A DNA stretch of 64,000 nt from Pseudomonadota bacterium (GTDB lineage: Bacteria; Bdellovibrionota_B; Oligoflexia; Oligoflexales; CAIMVM01): contig JBAXBA010000006.1 of assembly GCA_037142195.1 (NCBI GenBank), positions 14,562 to 78,561 of the forward strand. Direction: 5' to 3'. Of this stretch, positions 29,060-38,753 are shown one piece after another (within the stretch, counting starts at the first letter, position 1; every line of letters starts with the position of its first letter). A program made the position numbers and the translations under genes. A model generated the notes under the pieces. It had not been told where the DNA came from. It was given only the letters and a program-made list of their open reading frames with translations, and did no database searches.

Positions 29060-31150
29060 TTATATGCTAATTATGCCGAGGTTTTGTGTCTTTATGTCTG
29101 AGGGAACTTCGTCAAAAGCCAGCACTACCAATCCCGGAATGAAGCGATTGACAAGCTTTTGAATGTCCCATCTAATTCTTGAGCCACAGAGTAGAATGGG
29201 AATGGTTCCTGCGGTCTGAAATTTGTCCATTCCTACAGCAATGTTATTGAGGAGCGTTTGGGCAATTTCAGGTTCGATGTTTAAAGCGGTGGTTCCATCC
29301 TCATTTTGATGAAGTCCAGAAATAAGAAGGTCTTCGACGGCCCGGTCAAGAGAGCAGACGATGAGCTTGGAATCTCCATCGAGATATTTTCTAGTGATAG
29401 ATCTACCTAAAGCTTTTCTGACATGGCGAGTCAGGGCGTCAGGGTGTTTGATAGATCGACAGTGGTCTGCCATAGTCTCAAATACGGTTAAAAAGTCGCG
29501 AACGGAGACGTTTTCGGCGAGGAGATTTTGCATGATCTTCACAACGTCGCCAAGAGTAAGCCCATCAGTATGAATGACCTCTTCGACGACTTTTGGATAT
29601 TTTTGCTTCAGTCCATCAATAAGTGATTGTGCCTCTTGACGTCCCAGCAGTGCAGCACAGTTTTCACTGATGACTTTGGTGAGGTGGGTAACAATTACGG
29701 TAGAACAATTGACGACAGTATAGCCTCTAAAGGAGGCTTCGTCTTTTTGAGACGTCTTGATCCATACCGCATCAAGCCCGTAAGCCGGCTCTTTGGTCCT
29801 AAGTCCATCGAGAGGGTCAGATATCTCATCAGGGGCCATTGCCATTAAGTAATCTGGCATCAGATTACCCGTAGCAATGGGATTGCCTTTGAGCATGATT
29901 TGATATTCTCCTGGCCTCAATTGAATATTGTCTCGTACCATGATCATGGGTACGACGATCCCTAGGTCTTGGGCAAATTGCTTCCTAGATGAGACTATGC
30001 GCTCCAACACTTCTCCATCTTGTTCGGTGTCCACCAAAGGAATGAGACCAACTCCCACTTCAAGAGCAAGAATATCAACACTCAGAAACGCTTCCAAAGT
30101 TTCCTCATTTGTTTTTGCTTCTTCCTTGTTTTGTTTTGCATTAATAGCGGCATCCTGCTCACGCTTTATAAGTTCTTTATCGGCGGATCTAGCCAAGAAG
30201 TAGCAGCTTAAGGCTAGAAACATAAATGGTAGAAAAGGAAGACCTGGGACCAAAGATAATATGGCCATTAGGGCAGAGGCAATGTAGAGCGGTTTTGGCT
30301 GTACTAGAAGCTGGGTGTTGATATCTTCAGAGAAGGCCTTTTCACTTGCGGCTCTTGTCACTACCATACCAGCTGCTACTGAGATAATTAGAGCAGGTAT
30401 TTGACTTATGAGTCCATCACCCACAGTCAAGATGGTGTACTTAGCCGCAGCGCTGGCAAGAGTCATATTGTGCTGCACCACGCCAATCAAGAGACCGACA
30501 ACAACGTTGATGAGAGTGATGATAATTGCCGCGATAGCATCGCCTTTTACGAATTTTGAGGCACCGTCCATGGCCCCGTAAAAGTCAGACTCGCGCTCAA
30601 TTTTTGTCCGTCGACGCTTGGCTTCGTCTTTTTCAATCAAACCTGCATTGAGTTCGGCATCAATAGCCATCTGCTTTCCAGGCATAGCATCCAAGGTAAA
30701 TCGTGCACCAACCTCTGCTACCCGGCCGGCACCTTTAGTGATAACCATAAAATTGATAACAATGAGAATTGCAAAAATGACAATACCCACAAAATAATTG
30801 CCCCCGACTACGAAATTTCCGAAGGAGGTTACAACGGCACTTACTTCATCCTGAGGACCTGACAAAAGGATGGATCTTGTTGTTGCTACGTTTAGTGAAA
30901 GTCTAAAGAGGGTACTAATAAGCAAGATCGACGGAAAAGTCGAAAATTCTAGCGGCTCTCGAATGTAAACAGACACGAGTAGAATTAAGACACTGGCCGT
31001 TACAGATACTGATAGGAGAATGTCTAGTAAAAGCGGAGGAAGAGGAACGATCATCATAAAGACGACCGCTAGAATACCTACTGCTAGTTGGACATCTTTG
31101 CTTTTTAACATCGTTAAGAGATTGTTTTGATTTGTCGCAGCCTGCGCCAT
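29060..31150 (-). CDS. flhA: Flagellar export gate protein FlhA
   Basis: RVAEVGARFTLDAMPGKQMAIDAELNAG, FYGAMDGASKFVKGDAIA and GDGLISQIPAL. Confidence 0.98.
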   Translation of the reverse strand: MAQAATNQNNLLTMLKSKDVQLAVGILAVVFMMIVPLPPLLLDILLSVSVTASVLILLVSVYIREPLEFSTFPSILLISTLFRLSLNVATTRSILLSGPQDEVSAVVTSFGNFVVGGNYFVGIVIFAILIVINFMVITKGAGRVAEVGARFTLDAMPGKQMAIDAELNAGLIEKDEAKRRRTKIERESDFYGAMDGASKFVKGDAIAAIIITLINVVVGLLIGVVQHNMTLASAAAKYTILTVGDGLISQIPALIISVAAGMVVTRAASEKAFSEDINTQLLVQPKPLYIASALMAILSLVPGLPFLPFMFLALSCYFLARSADKELIKREQDAAINAKQNKEEAKTNEETLEAFLSVDILALEVGVGLIPLVDTEQDGEVLERIVSSRKQFAQDLGIVVPMIMVRDNIQLRPGEYQIMLKGNPIATGNLMPDYLMAMAPDEISDPLDGLRTKEPAYGLDAVWIKTSQKDEASFRGYTVVNCSTVIVTHLTKVISENCAALLGRQEAQSLIDGLKQKYPKVVEEVIHTDGLTLGDVVKIMQNLLAENVSVRDFLTVFETMADHCRSIKHPDALTRHVRKALGRSITRKYLDGDSKLIVCSLDRAVEDLLISGLHQNEDGTTALNIEPEIAQTLLNNIAVGMDKFQTAGTIPILLCGSRIRWDIQKLVNRFIPGLVVLAFDEVPSDIKTQNLGIISI

Positions 31151-32236
31151 TTAGGAAACCCTCCTTTCACCGAAGTTTTTTCCTTTAAGCCTAAATACAT
31201 AGCGGATCACTTCAGAAACAGCTTTGTAGAGACCCTCTGGGATCTCATCTCCAACCTCTAAGGTTTTATACATGGCCCTTGCTAGAGGCTTATTCTCAAC
31301 AATAGGAACATCTGCTTCTTTTGCGGTTTCCCTCATTTTAAGGGCAAGAAAATCGACCCCCTTCGCAACAATAATCGGGGCGCCCATGCCTAATTCATAA
31401 TGAAGCGCTACCGCATAGTGAGTTGGATTGGTTATGACAACGGTGGCTTTCTTTGTCGCCGATATCATTTTTCCTGCAATCATGTCTCGTCCCATTTTTC
31501 GAATTCTGTTCTTGATTTGGGGGTCAACTTCCTTCTTTTTAAATTCTTCTTTTAAGTCTTGCTTACTCATCATCATTTTCTTTTCAAGGCTTATCCACTG
31601 ATAGAAATAATCAGCTCCAGATATCACAAGAAGAGCCGCACAGACGGTCCAAAAAAGATTTTTAATAATCTCTAGAAAGTAGACCAGCATTTGTGCCGGA
31701 GGTAGGTTGATAAGGCTAGGAAGACGGTTAATTTGGTTTCCCAATATGATCCAAGAGGCCGTAGCCACAACACACATTTTAGCAATTCCTTTGAGGAGTT
31801 CGACGATATTTTGCATGCTTAGAAGGCGCGCAAAGCCTGATATAGGATTGATTTTTTCAAAACTGGGTTCAAGTTTGCTCCAAGAGAAATTAAGCTTTGT
31901 CTGAAGGAGGGTAGAAGTAATCGCAACTAAGGACGGGATGAGACAAATGGGCAAGATGATTGTAAGACCTGATATCCAGATTTGACTAAAAATTACGGAG
32001 AAATTGAGCTCAGTGATTTCGTGACTGGCGATTCTGCCGAAAAACAGCATGAAAACGCCTCGTATTTGTTCAAATAGCCATGATGAATTGAGGACTAGAA
32101 AGGCGAATACACTGATAAGGGCTAAGGTGCTAGTCAGATCTCTAGACATGGCGACATCGCCACGTTCGCGGAAGTCTTCGCGACGCTCATCGGAAGCGTC
32201 TTCGGTCTTGTCTTGTTGATCTTGATCTTCAGCCAC
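31151..32236 (-). CDS. flhB: Flagellar export protein FlhB
   Basis: KTEDAS N-terminus, TNPTHYAVAL autocleavage motif, ENKPLAR. Confidence 0.97.
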   Translation of the reverse strand: MAEDQDQQDKTEDASDERREDFRERGDVAMSRDLTSTLALISVFAFLVLNSSWLFEQIRGVFMLFFGRIASHEITELNFSVIFSQIWISGLTIILPICLIPSLVAITSTLLQTKLNFSWSKLEPSFEKINPISGFARLLSMQNIVELLKGIAKMCVVATASWIILGNQINRLPSLINLPPAQMLVYFLEIIKNLFWTVCAALLVISGADYFYQWISLEKKMMMSKQDLKEEFKKKEVDPQIKNRIRKMGRDMIAGKMISATKKATVVITNPTHYAVALHYELGMGAPIIVAKGVDFLALKMRETAKEADVPIVENKPLARAMYKTLEVGDEIPEGLYKAVSEVIRYVFRLKGKNFGERRVS

Positions 32237-33030
32237 TAGTTACCTCTTGGGGCTAAAAGATGAATGGACGTAAAAATGCTGTTAGCTTGCTGTTCAAAGT
32301 TTCCTTTAAGCCAGGTGGAATAGAAGCTCATGGTGCCTATATAGAGGAGGAGACCAACCATGAAGTTGACAGCAAAGCTTAAGGAAAATACGTTAAGCGC
32401 AGGTACAGCTCTCGCCATAAATCCCAACGCGGCGGTGCTAAACAGAAGCGCAACGGTGATCGGAGCAGCAATTTGGATAGCGGAATGGAACATGGCCCCG
32501 CTGCACTGAATCATGGAAGTGGCAAGTTCTGGATTGAGTGAAAATCCTCCTGGGGGGATCACTTTAAAGGTTTCGATAATGCCCATTATAAAGACGTGGT
32601 GAAGGTTCAAGGAGAAGAATATCAATATATATACGGTTCTTTGAAATGAAGTGAAGGAATCCATAGTCATATTGGAGCCGGGAGCCATGAGATTTCCAGC
32701 CCCAAAGCCCATTTGATACGACACGAGGTTAGAACCGAGTAGGATCGCGTCAAAGGCTAGTCGAGCTGCAAGACCAACGACAAAGCCAATGGCAATTTCT
32801 TTGAGTACGAGAGAGGTTAGAACCAAGGGGTTTGTATCGATTGGCGTGAGCCAGGCCCCGGAAAGCATCGGTGTTAAGATCAAGGAAAGAGATAGGGCTA
32901 TAAACATACGAGACTTTACCGGTACAATCGACTCACCAAAAACAGGCAAAGCAAAAAGTATGGCACCTGTCCTTAGAAATACTAAGGCCGTCCTAAATAT
33001 CAGGTCTGTATCAATAAAGTCAAATTTCAT
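32236..33030 (-). CDS. fliR: Flagellar export protein FliR
   Basis: Hydrophobic 264 aa with YQMGF and ARAVPALNVF; position in the fliPQR-flhB order. Confidence 0.93.
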   Translation of the reverse strand: MKFDFIDTDLIFRTALVFLRTGAILFALPVFGESIVPVKSRMFIALSLSLILTPMLSGAWLTPIDTNPLVLTSLVLKEIAIGFVVGLAARLAFDAILLGSNLVSYQMGFGAGNLMAPGSNMTMDSFTSFQRTVYILIFFSLNLHHVFIMGIIETFKVIPPGGFSLNPELATSMIQCSGAMFHSAIQIAAPITVALLFSTAALGFMARAVPALNVFSLSFAVNFMVGLLLYIGTMSFYSTWLKGNFEQQANSIFTSIHLLAPRGN

Positions 33031-33034
33031 GGAC

Positions 33035-33304
33035 CTACCTGGTAATATTGGGAATGCTTTGGATAAGGGTTTTTGTGTAGAAGATAAATTGTTGAAGTAT
33101 CCAAGGTCCTGTGATGATCATGGATGCCGTAATGGCTATGATTTTCGGCACAAAGGAAACCGTTTGTTCTTGAACCTGAGTAGCAGCTTGAATCACTGAG
33201 ATAAGGATACCTACGACAAGTGCCGCAATCAATGCTGGTGCAGCCACTTTGAGAGTGAGCCAAACGGCTCCTGTTGCCACATCGATAACATACTGTTCAG
33301 ACAT
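33035..33304 (-). CDS. fliQ: Flagellar export protein FliQ
   Basis: ISVIQAATQVQEQTVSFVPK. Confidence 0.96.
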   Translation of the reverse strand: MSEQYVIDVATGAVWLTLKVAAPALIAALVVGILISVIQAATQVQEQTVSFVPKIIAITASMIITGPWILQQFIFYTKTLIQSIPNITR

Positions 33305-33318
33305 TCTTTAATCCTTTT

Positions 33319-34098
33319 TTAGCTGAATATGTGAAAGCTTTTAACTAAGGACGTAATGATAAGCGACCATCCATCAACCAATACAAATAGGATGATTTTA
33401 AAAGGGAGTGAGACGACAGTAGGCGGAAGCATCATCATACCCATAGCCATTAGAATGGAAGATATGACCATGTCGATGATCAAAAAAGGAATATAAATTA
33501 GAAAGCCGATTTGAAATGCTGTCTTTAGCTCTGAGATCATAAAAGCAGGCATGAGAACGTTAAAGGGAACATCCTCAGGTCCTTTTGGTTTCTCGATTTT
33601 TGCTACGTTATAGAACAGCGCTAAATCATCTTGTCGGGTTTCCGATAACATAAAATTTCTAATCGGAGTCTTTACTTGCTCCAAGGCTTGATCCGTTGTG
33701 ATCTTCTTTTCAACATAGGGAGTGTAAGCTCGCTCGTTTATATAGGAAATGACGGGACTCATTGTGAACATCGTTAGAAACAGAGCGAGCCCTACTATGA
33801 CCTGATTGGGTGGCATGGATTGTGTTCCAATAGCCTGTCGCACGAACCCTAGAACTACTAAAATACGCGTAAAAGATGTGGTCATAAGGAGAATAGCCGG
33901 AGCGACCGCTAAGACTGTCAGTATGGCTACTATCTTCAGAGAAGGAACAATGTCGTCAGCGCCATTGCCCTCTGCCAAATTGATACTCAAGGTGGGGACT
34001 TTGGATTCTGCAAGAGCCCAAGTGCTATTTATAAATAGCATCAGCGTCGCTAAGATGCGCAGGATGTCTTCCTTAGATATTTTGGCGACTAGTTTCAC
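33319..34098 (-). CDS. fliP: Flagellar export protein FliP
   Basis: TSFTRI, PPNQVIVGLALFLT, PAFMISELKTAFQIGF and GMMMLPP. Confidence 0.97.
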   Translation of the reverse strand: MKLVAKISKEDILRILATLMLFINSTWALAESKVPTLSINLAEGNGADDIVPSLKIVAILTVLAVAPAILLMTTSFTRILVVLGFVRQAIGTQSMPPNQVIVGLALFLTMFTMSPVISYINERAYTPYVEKKITTDQALEQVKTPIRNFMLSETRQDDLALFYNVAKIEKPKGPEDVPFNVLMPAFMISELKTAFQIGFLIYIPFLIIDMVISSILMAMGMMMLPPTVVSLPFKIILFVLVDGWSLIITSLVKSFHIFS

Positions 34099-34107
34099 TT
34101 TTTATCC

Positions 34108-35322
34108 TTAAAATTTAGGAAGATCTTTCATTTTTTGTCTAATAATACTTGTTACATCTTTGATGGCGTCTGTTGAATTTGGTTTCGCGCCGTTGTCATC
34201 AATTTTGACGTTGATTTTACTACCTTTGATAGGAGCTGAAGTTTCGTTTTCTTGATCAACATTTTTTTGAAAAATTGATTTGCGAGGTAGTGAGTCCTGA
34301 TCTGAGGATCTAAAAGATCGGTTATCCATAGATTTCGATTCCATCGAAGGGAGCGCCTTTCTAACAGCAGGACCAGCGATTTCAGGAGCCATCTGTTTTG
34401 TCGCACTTAGTTTTATGGGTGCTTCAGGTTTTTGAATGTGGGTGATAAGGCTAACACTATCGTTGGAAACTGCTAAAAGAAGCTTTTCACCACCAACTTC
34501 AATAAGGGACAACTGTTGCTTGGCATTTAATGCCATTGTTGAAAGTCGTTTCATGGAAACCATGTCTGAGTTGGATCCAAGTGATTTTCGGTTCTTTATA
34601 ACGCCCTTCATATAGAAGGCGGCGATAGCTAAAATCATAATAAAAGCGATGAACAAGCTCGCATTACGCATATTCGCGGCAAGACTCATTTTTTCTTCAC
34701 GTTTGGGAGAGTCAGTGGATAGGGCAGCGACCTTTTCTTTGGCGTCATTTGCAGATTGCTGGGAAGCCAGGCTAGTGGCTATATCTGCCTTTTGCAAAGA
34801 GGCAGTTTGTTCTGGCAAGGCGGTTTTTGGCTGCTGAAGGGCCAAGAATTCTTTATGATTGAGCGTGAGAATGATGCGATTTTCTACGATATCCATTTTT
34901 ATAGTTTGCTTGATTTGTAGAGCGTCATCGGCAAATATGCGGATAGAAGAAGATGAGGTTTCAGGCTGGAAGATGGCTATTTTCTTGAAATAGGGACTGG
35001 TAGTTTCCATAAAAGTACCAGGTTTTGCAGCTTGTGAATCGGCGATCTCTAGTTGTAGAAAGGTGCCATGTTCTGAAAGAGCTACCTTAGTCGGGTTGAT
35101 CGGTTGGGAAAAAATGACAGTAATTCTTGAGATATCAGAGTCAGCATCGGATTCCACGGTATTAAGGGTAGCTTCAGATGGACCCGATTTGGAAGTGCTT
35201 TCTTCGATAGATTTCATAGCCGTCTTTTTGGAAGGGCTTGAGGAGGATGCCGCCAGGCAGATTGACGACAAAAAGTATAGTGCGGCAGCTGCAAAAGTTT
35301 TTTTAATCATCGATTTTTTCAT
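34108..35322 (-). CDS. fliO: Extended FliO with N-terminal periplasmic (AMIN-like) domain
   Basis: Between fliN and fliP; internal TM helix followed by a FliO-like segment (LNAKQQLSLIEVGGEKLLLAVS); signal peptide plus about 200-aa beta domain. Confidence 0.75.
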   Translation of the reverse strand: MKKSMIKKTFAAAALYFLSSICLAASSSSPSKKTAMKSIEESTSKSGPSEATLNTVESDADSDISRITVIFSQPINPTKVALSEHGTFLQLEIADSQAAKPGTFMETTSPYFKKIAIFQPETSSSSIRIFADDALQIKQTIKMDIVENRIILTLNHKEFLALQQPKTALPEQTASLQKADIATSLASQQSANDAKEKVAALSTDSPKREEKMSLAANMRNASLFIAFIMILAIAAFYMKGVIKNRKSLGSNSDMVSMKRLSTMALNAKQQLSLIEVGGEKLLLAVSNDSVSLITHIQKPEAPIKLSATKQMAPEIAGPAVRKALPSMESKSMDNRSFRSSDQDSLPRKSIFQKNVDQENETSAPIKGSKINVKIDDNGAKPNSTDAIKDVTSIIRQKMKDLPKF

Positions 35323-35336
35323 ATTTTTTCCTTCTG

Positions 35337-35753
35337 TTAATCCAAGTTGCCAATTTGACCGAGTCCAAATTGAGCGGTTACGTCGGTAAGTCGAACGCCA
35401 AACTTCTCGTTGACCACCACGACTTCACCCAGCGCAACGAGCTTATTGTTGATGAGAATCTCCATAGGCTCTCCTGCGATTTTGTCTAATTCAATTACGG
35501 ATCCTTGACCCAATTGAAGGAGATCATTGATCAACATCTTGGTTCTTCCGAGTTCGACTGATACTTTAAGAGGGACATCAAGGATCATTTTAAGCTTCGA
35601 AAAGTCAGTTTTTGATGCTCTTGCATCATCAAAACCAGCTAGGTTCTTGGCACGGTCGGTCTCCGCATGGCTTTCTCCGCCCTGGGAATCCGATATTGCC
35701 TGGTCAAATTCTTGTCCTAGTCCAAAATCTTCTGGGTTCATTCCGTCTGCCAT
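35337..35753 (-). CDS. fliN: Flagellar motor switch protein FliN
   Basis: [25 protein letters not shown] and [13 protein letters not shown]. Confidence 0.96.
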   Translation of the reverse strand: MADGMNPEDFGLGQEFDQAISDSQGGESHAETDRAKNLAGFDDARASKTDFSKLKMILDVPLKVSVELGRTKMLINDLLQLGQGSVIELDKIAGEPMEILINNKLVALGEVVVVNEKFGVRLTDVTAQFGLGQIGNLD

Positions 35754-35762
35754 AGTAGCTCC

Positions 35763-36749
35763 TTAAGATTCTATAAGTGATTCGGTTATTTTTACGGCTC
35801 TTTGCCCTTTTAATACTCCTGGAATGCACTTAAATTTGGTGATGCCCTCTACTAACAAATCTAAGGGTTTGGTGGCGTCATGGCTAAGTTGTATGACATC
35901 TCCAGGTTCCAGGTGGGCAAGGTCGTGGACAGTTATATCGGCTGTTCCCAGGCTAATAAGGATGTTGGCATGAGTGCGCATGATTTGTTCTTTAATCCTG
36001 TGGATCCAAATATAGTCCACTTCCAACTGTTCAGATTGAAATCCTACGCTTAGTTTTGATTTGATAGGCTCGAGAGTAGAATAAGGGATGACTATTTTTA
36101 TGGTCCCAGAAACTTTTTCTAGCTCGACGTCAAAGGTAGTCGCGATTACCACGTCTGATGGTGGGACTACAGCTACGAATTGAGGATTTATTTCCGTTCT
36201 GCTGTAGCCTATTTTAAGAGGATATACGGGTTCCCAAGCTTTTTCTAAATCATCTATCGCTGATAGCACGACTCGCCGCGCGATCTTAATTTCGATTTGT
36301 GTGAAGTCTTTGCCTTCAATTTTTGTATAGGGTACATCGTTTCCGCCGAAGAATGAGTCTACGAGGGCATACAGTAGCTTTGACTCGATCACCATAACAG
36401 CTGCGCCTCTCAGCGGATCGAGGCGGAGTATGTTGAGGCATGATGGAAGGGGGAGCGAATTCATAAATTCTGAGAACTTAAGAGGCCCCGTAGAATTTAC
36501 GGACAGGTTGGCCATTTTTCTCAAGGAGTTTGATAGTGTCACTCGAAAGAGTCGAATGAATCTATCGTGGATGATGTCTAGGGTAGGCATTCTTCCGCGA
36601 ATAATTCGATCTTGATTTGCTAGATCATACTGGACGACTCCTGCAGCCGCATTGAGTTCGGAGCTAGCACCGTCATCGACATCTATGCGGTTGTCAGATA
36701 CAGCTGATAACAGTGCATCGACTTCAGATTGTGAAAGAACTGAATTCAT
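35763..36749 (-). CDS. fliM: Flagellar motor switch protein FliM
   Basis: LSQSEVDALL CheY-binding peptide, RGRMPTL, FTQIE, EINPQF. Confidence 0.96.
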   Translation of the reverse strand: MNSVLSQSEVDALLSAVSDNRIDVDDGASSELNAAAGVVQYDLANQDRIIRGRMPTLDIIHDRFIRLFRVTLSNSLRKMANLSVNSTGPLKFSEFMNSLPLPSCLNILRLDPLRGAAVMVIESKLLYALVDSFFGGNDVPYTKIEGKDFTQIEIKIARRVVLSAIDDLEKAWEPVYPLKIGYSRTEINPQFVAVVPPSDVVIATTFDVELEKVSGTIKIVIPYSTLEPIKSKLSVGFQSEQLEVDYIWIHRIKEQIMRTHANILISLGTADITVHDLAHLEPGDVIQLSHDATKPLDLLVEGITKFKCIPGVLKGQRAVKITESLIES

Positions 36750-36757
36750 GTTTTTCC

Positions 36758-37474
36758 CTATTCAACGAGAATATCAGTGATGTAAACAGCCTCGACTTTT
36801 TTATCTAGAACTTGATTGAGTCTGGTAAATATTTCATATCTAAGTTGGTCTTTGCCGTCAGGTCCTAGAAGAAACTCCATGGTTTTTCTTGAAGAAGTGC
36901 TGACCACGATGTCTCGGATTTGGGGAACTCGACTATCGAGCTCAGTTTTTTGAGGGTCTCCTCCTCTGTACTCAAGGGTTACTTCAAGCCGAAGGTATTT
37001 ATTTTCCAAAGGGTTTCCGAGGTTCATATGAAATGGTTTTAATGGGAATGTTTGTCCATAGTTGGAAGCAGCTGCGTCGGTTTTTTCTTTTTTTCCGTCT
37101 CCATGGCCATCGTCTTTTTTAGCTTCGCCATGTTCATCGGTCTTTTTGGCTTCGCCGTGCCCATCGTCTTTTTTGGCTTCACCGTGCCCATCGTCTTTTT
37201 TGGCTTCACCGTGCCCATCGTCTTTTTTGGCTTCTCCATGCTCGTCGCCATGGCCTTCCGCGCTCGCCTGTTCTCCATGACTGTCGGGAGCATTTTGCGC
37301 TGCAGCTTTTTTGGACCCTTTACTAAGAAAGAAAAAAGCTCCTCCTGCTCCTAGAAGAACCACTAAAAGACCAGCTCCCCCCATGATGAGGAGTTTCTTT
37401 TTGTTGGGTTGTTCTTTAACTTCCTCACCAGCTGGGGCTGCGGGGTCTTTTTTTTCTTCCTTTTTGTCGCTCAT
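36758..37474 (-). CDS. fliL: Flagellar basal-body protein FliL with His/Lys/Asp-rich repeat linker
   Basis: N-terminal TM helix, C-terminal FliL domain (FHMNL, PQIRD, GKDQLR, VYITD); first gene of the operon. Confidence 0.9.
   Translation of the reverse strand: MSDKKEEKKDPAAPAGEEVKEQPNKKKLLIMGGAGLLVVLLGAGGAFFFLSKGSKKAAAQNAPDSHGEQASAEGHGDEHGEAKKDDGHGEAKKDDGHGEAKKDDGHGEAKKTDEHGEAKKDDGHGDGKKEKTDAAASNYGQTFPLKPFHMNLGNPLENKYLRLEVTLEYRGGDPQKTELDSRVPQIRDIVVSTSSRKTMEFLLGPDGKDQLRYEIFTRLNQVLDKKVEAVYITDILVE
37101..37235 (-). repeat. Five in-frame 27-bp tandem repeats in fliL (EAKKDDGHG-type units)
   Basis: Plus-strand unit CCRTGCCCATCGTCTTTTTTGGCTTCN repeated 5 times with few substitutions. Confidence 0.93.
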
Positions 37475-38061
37475 GATTCGCCAATCCTTTGACGCAAATA
37501 TTTAAGTTTCGATTTTCTTGTGACGGTTTGCATGTAGCTTGCAAGAAGTGTGACAGTTTTTTTAGTTCGTTTGCCTAGCTGAAACTTGCTAGACAATCGT
37601 TAACTAATTGTGAAAGTCTCAATTTTTAGATGGTGCAGCGCTGAATTCGGGCGTCATAGATTGGGCGCTACGACAAATAGATGACATAGCCTAGGTTGAG
37701 ATTTGACACCCGCCCTCTTTCCATGCTTCATCTCGAAGGCTGTTGATATTTTCAACAGCCCTGAAAGCTAAGCGTCGTGAATGAATAGGAATTTGTATTA
37801 GGTTTTCTGTTTTCTAAGCCTTCATGTATGTAAATAAGGTTATAGAAGTGCACAATAAAGATACACGCCGTGCCTGGCGTATGTGAAATCTCAAAATTTG
37901 AGATTCTGGTGAAGTTTTTTTCCAGTAATAAAGGTATGATGAAAGTTCAGGCTCATTACTATGTTAAGCCTTGGTAATGTATTATATATTGTTGGTATTA
38001 GCTGCGCTCATTTACGGTTGTGCTTTAAGCTGGTGCCTAGTTTTCCTTGAGGGAGAGGATC

Positions 38062-38526
38062 ATGATGTTTCGCAAAGCAGTCAGTTTTATTTTTGTAGCC
38101 TTTTTTGTGTTTGCATGTACCCGTCAGCATGACCCAAGAGCTTATTGGGCTCAATATAAAAAGGAACGCTTAGATTCAGCGGTTCAGGCGCCAAAACTAA
38201 ATGCGGATGGGACTATTCCTGAAGTAAAAACACAAGCCAAAGTCGCTGCTTCTCCTGGCGACGCTAAGTATGAATCCTTATGTGTTTCTTGTCATGGCTC
38301 AGACGGGGCCGCAGCAGGCCCTGCGGCTTTAGCTATGAATCCAAAGCCAAGGAACTTCACTGACGCCGCATGGCAAGGAAAAGTGACGGATGAACATATT
38401 GCTTTGGTGATCAAGAATGGTGGGGCTGCAAATGGACTCTCTGCTACGATGCCAGCTTGGGGAGCCGTAGTAAGCGACTCTGAAATTGCGGACCTCGTGA
38501 AAAAGGTTAGATCATTTAAAAAGTAA
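38062..38526 (+). CDS. Monoheme c-type cytochrome, probable lipoprotein
   Basis: VFAC lipobox, CVSCH heme motif, PKPRNFT, distal Met in MPAW. Start moved to ATG 38062/38065 after a GGAGAGG RBS. Confidence 0.9.
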   Translation: MMFRKAVSFIFVAFFVFACTRQHDPRAYWAQYKKERLDSAVQAPKLNADGTIPEVKTQAKVAASPGDAKYESLCVSCHGSDGAAAGPAALAMNPKPRNFTDAAWQGKVTDEHIALVIKNGGAANGLSATMPAWGAVVSDSEIADLVKKVRSFKK

Positions 38527-38576
38527 TTTAAACTCGACAAATTGAGACTCTCCTAGAACAATTAATTTTTGCAAGT

Positions 38577-38612
38577 GAATCGGCCGTCTTCATGGAGACG
38601 GCCAATTCTTTT
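38577..38612 (+). terminator. Intrinsic terminator after the cytochrome c gene
   Basis: GGCCGTCT/AGACGGCC stem followed by AATTCTTTT; lies between convergent genes. Confidence 0.7.
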
Positions 38613-38753
38613 CATAGTTTTTTTTCAAAATGGAAAAGCAATGCACAGCTTTCCTTTTTGCAACTTTAGAGTTACTGCTTTGAAGTATAGAGCCCGCTGT
38701 CTCTTTACTTCAAATATCGCTTCGAAGATTTTCCTAATTCAACCAAATAGATC

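Noticed and set aside
33027..33263. 78-aa alternative-frame ORF over fliQ
   Set aside because: The fliQ frame carries the family signature; this one has none.
37101..37235. 27-bp repeats as a CRISPR array
   Set aside because: Head-to-tail with no spacers and in frame within fliL.
37560..37600. c-di-GMP-I riboswitch upstream of fliL (GGCAAAC on the minus strand)
   Set aside because: The downstream GNRA stem and GACGCAAAG elements are absent.
37743..37755. FNR box upstream of cytochrome c
   Set aside because: TTGAT...TCAA spans 13 bp, one short of TTGAT-N4-ATCAA; kept only as an unexplained palindrome.
37977..38132. 51-aa hydrophobic ORF (MYYILLVLAALIYG...)
   Set aside because: No RBS and about 70-nt out-of-frame overlap with the cytochrome gene; T-rich DNA yields such peptides by chance.
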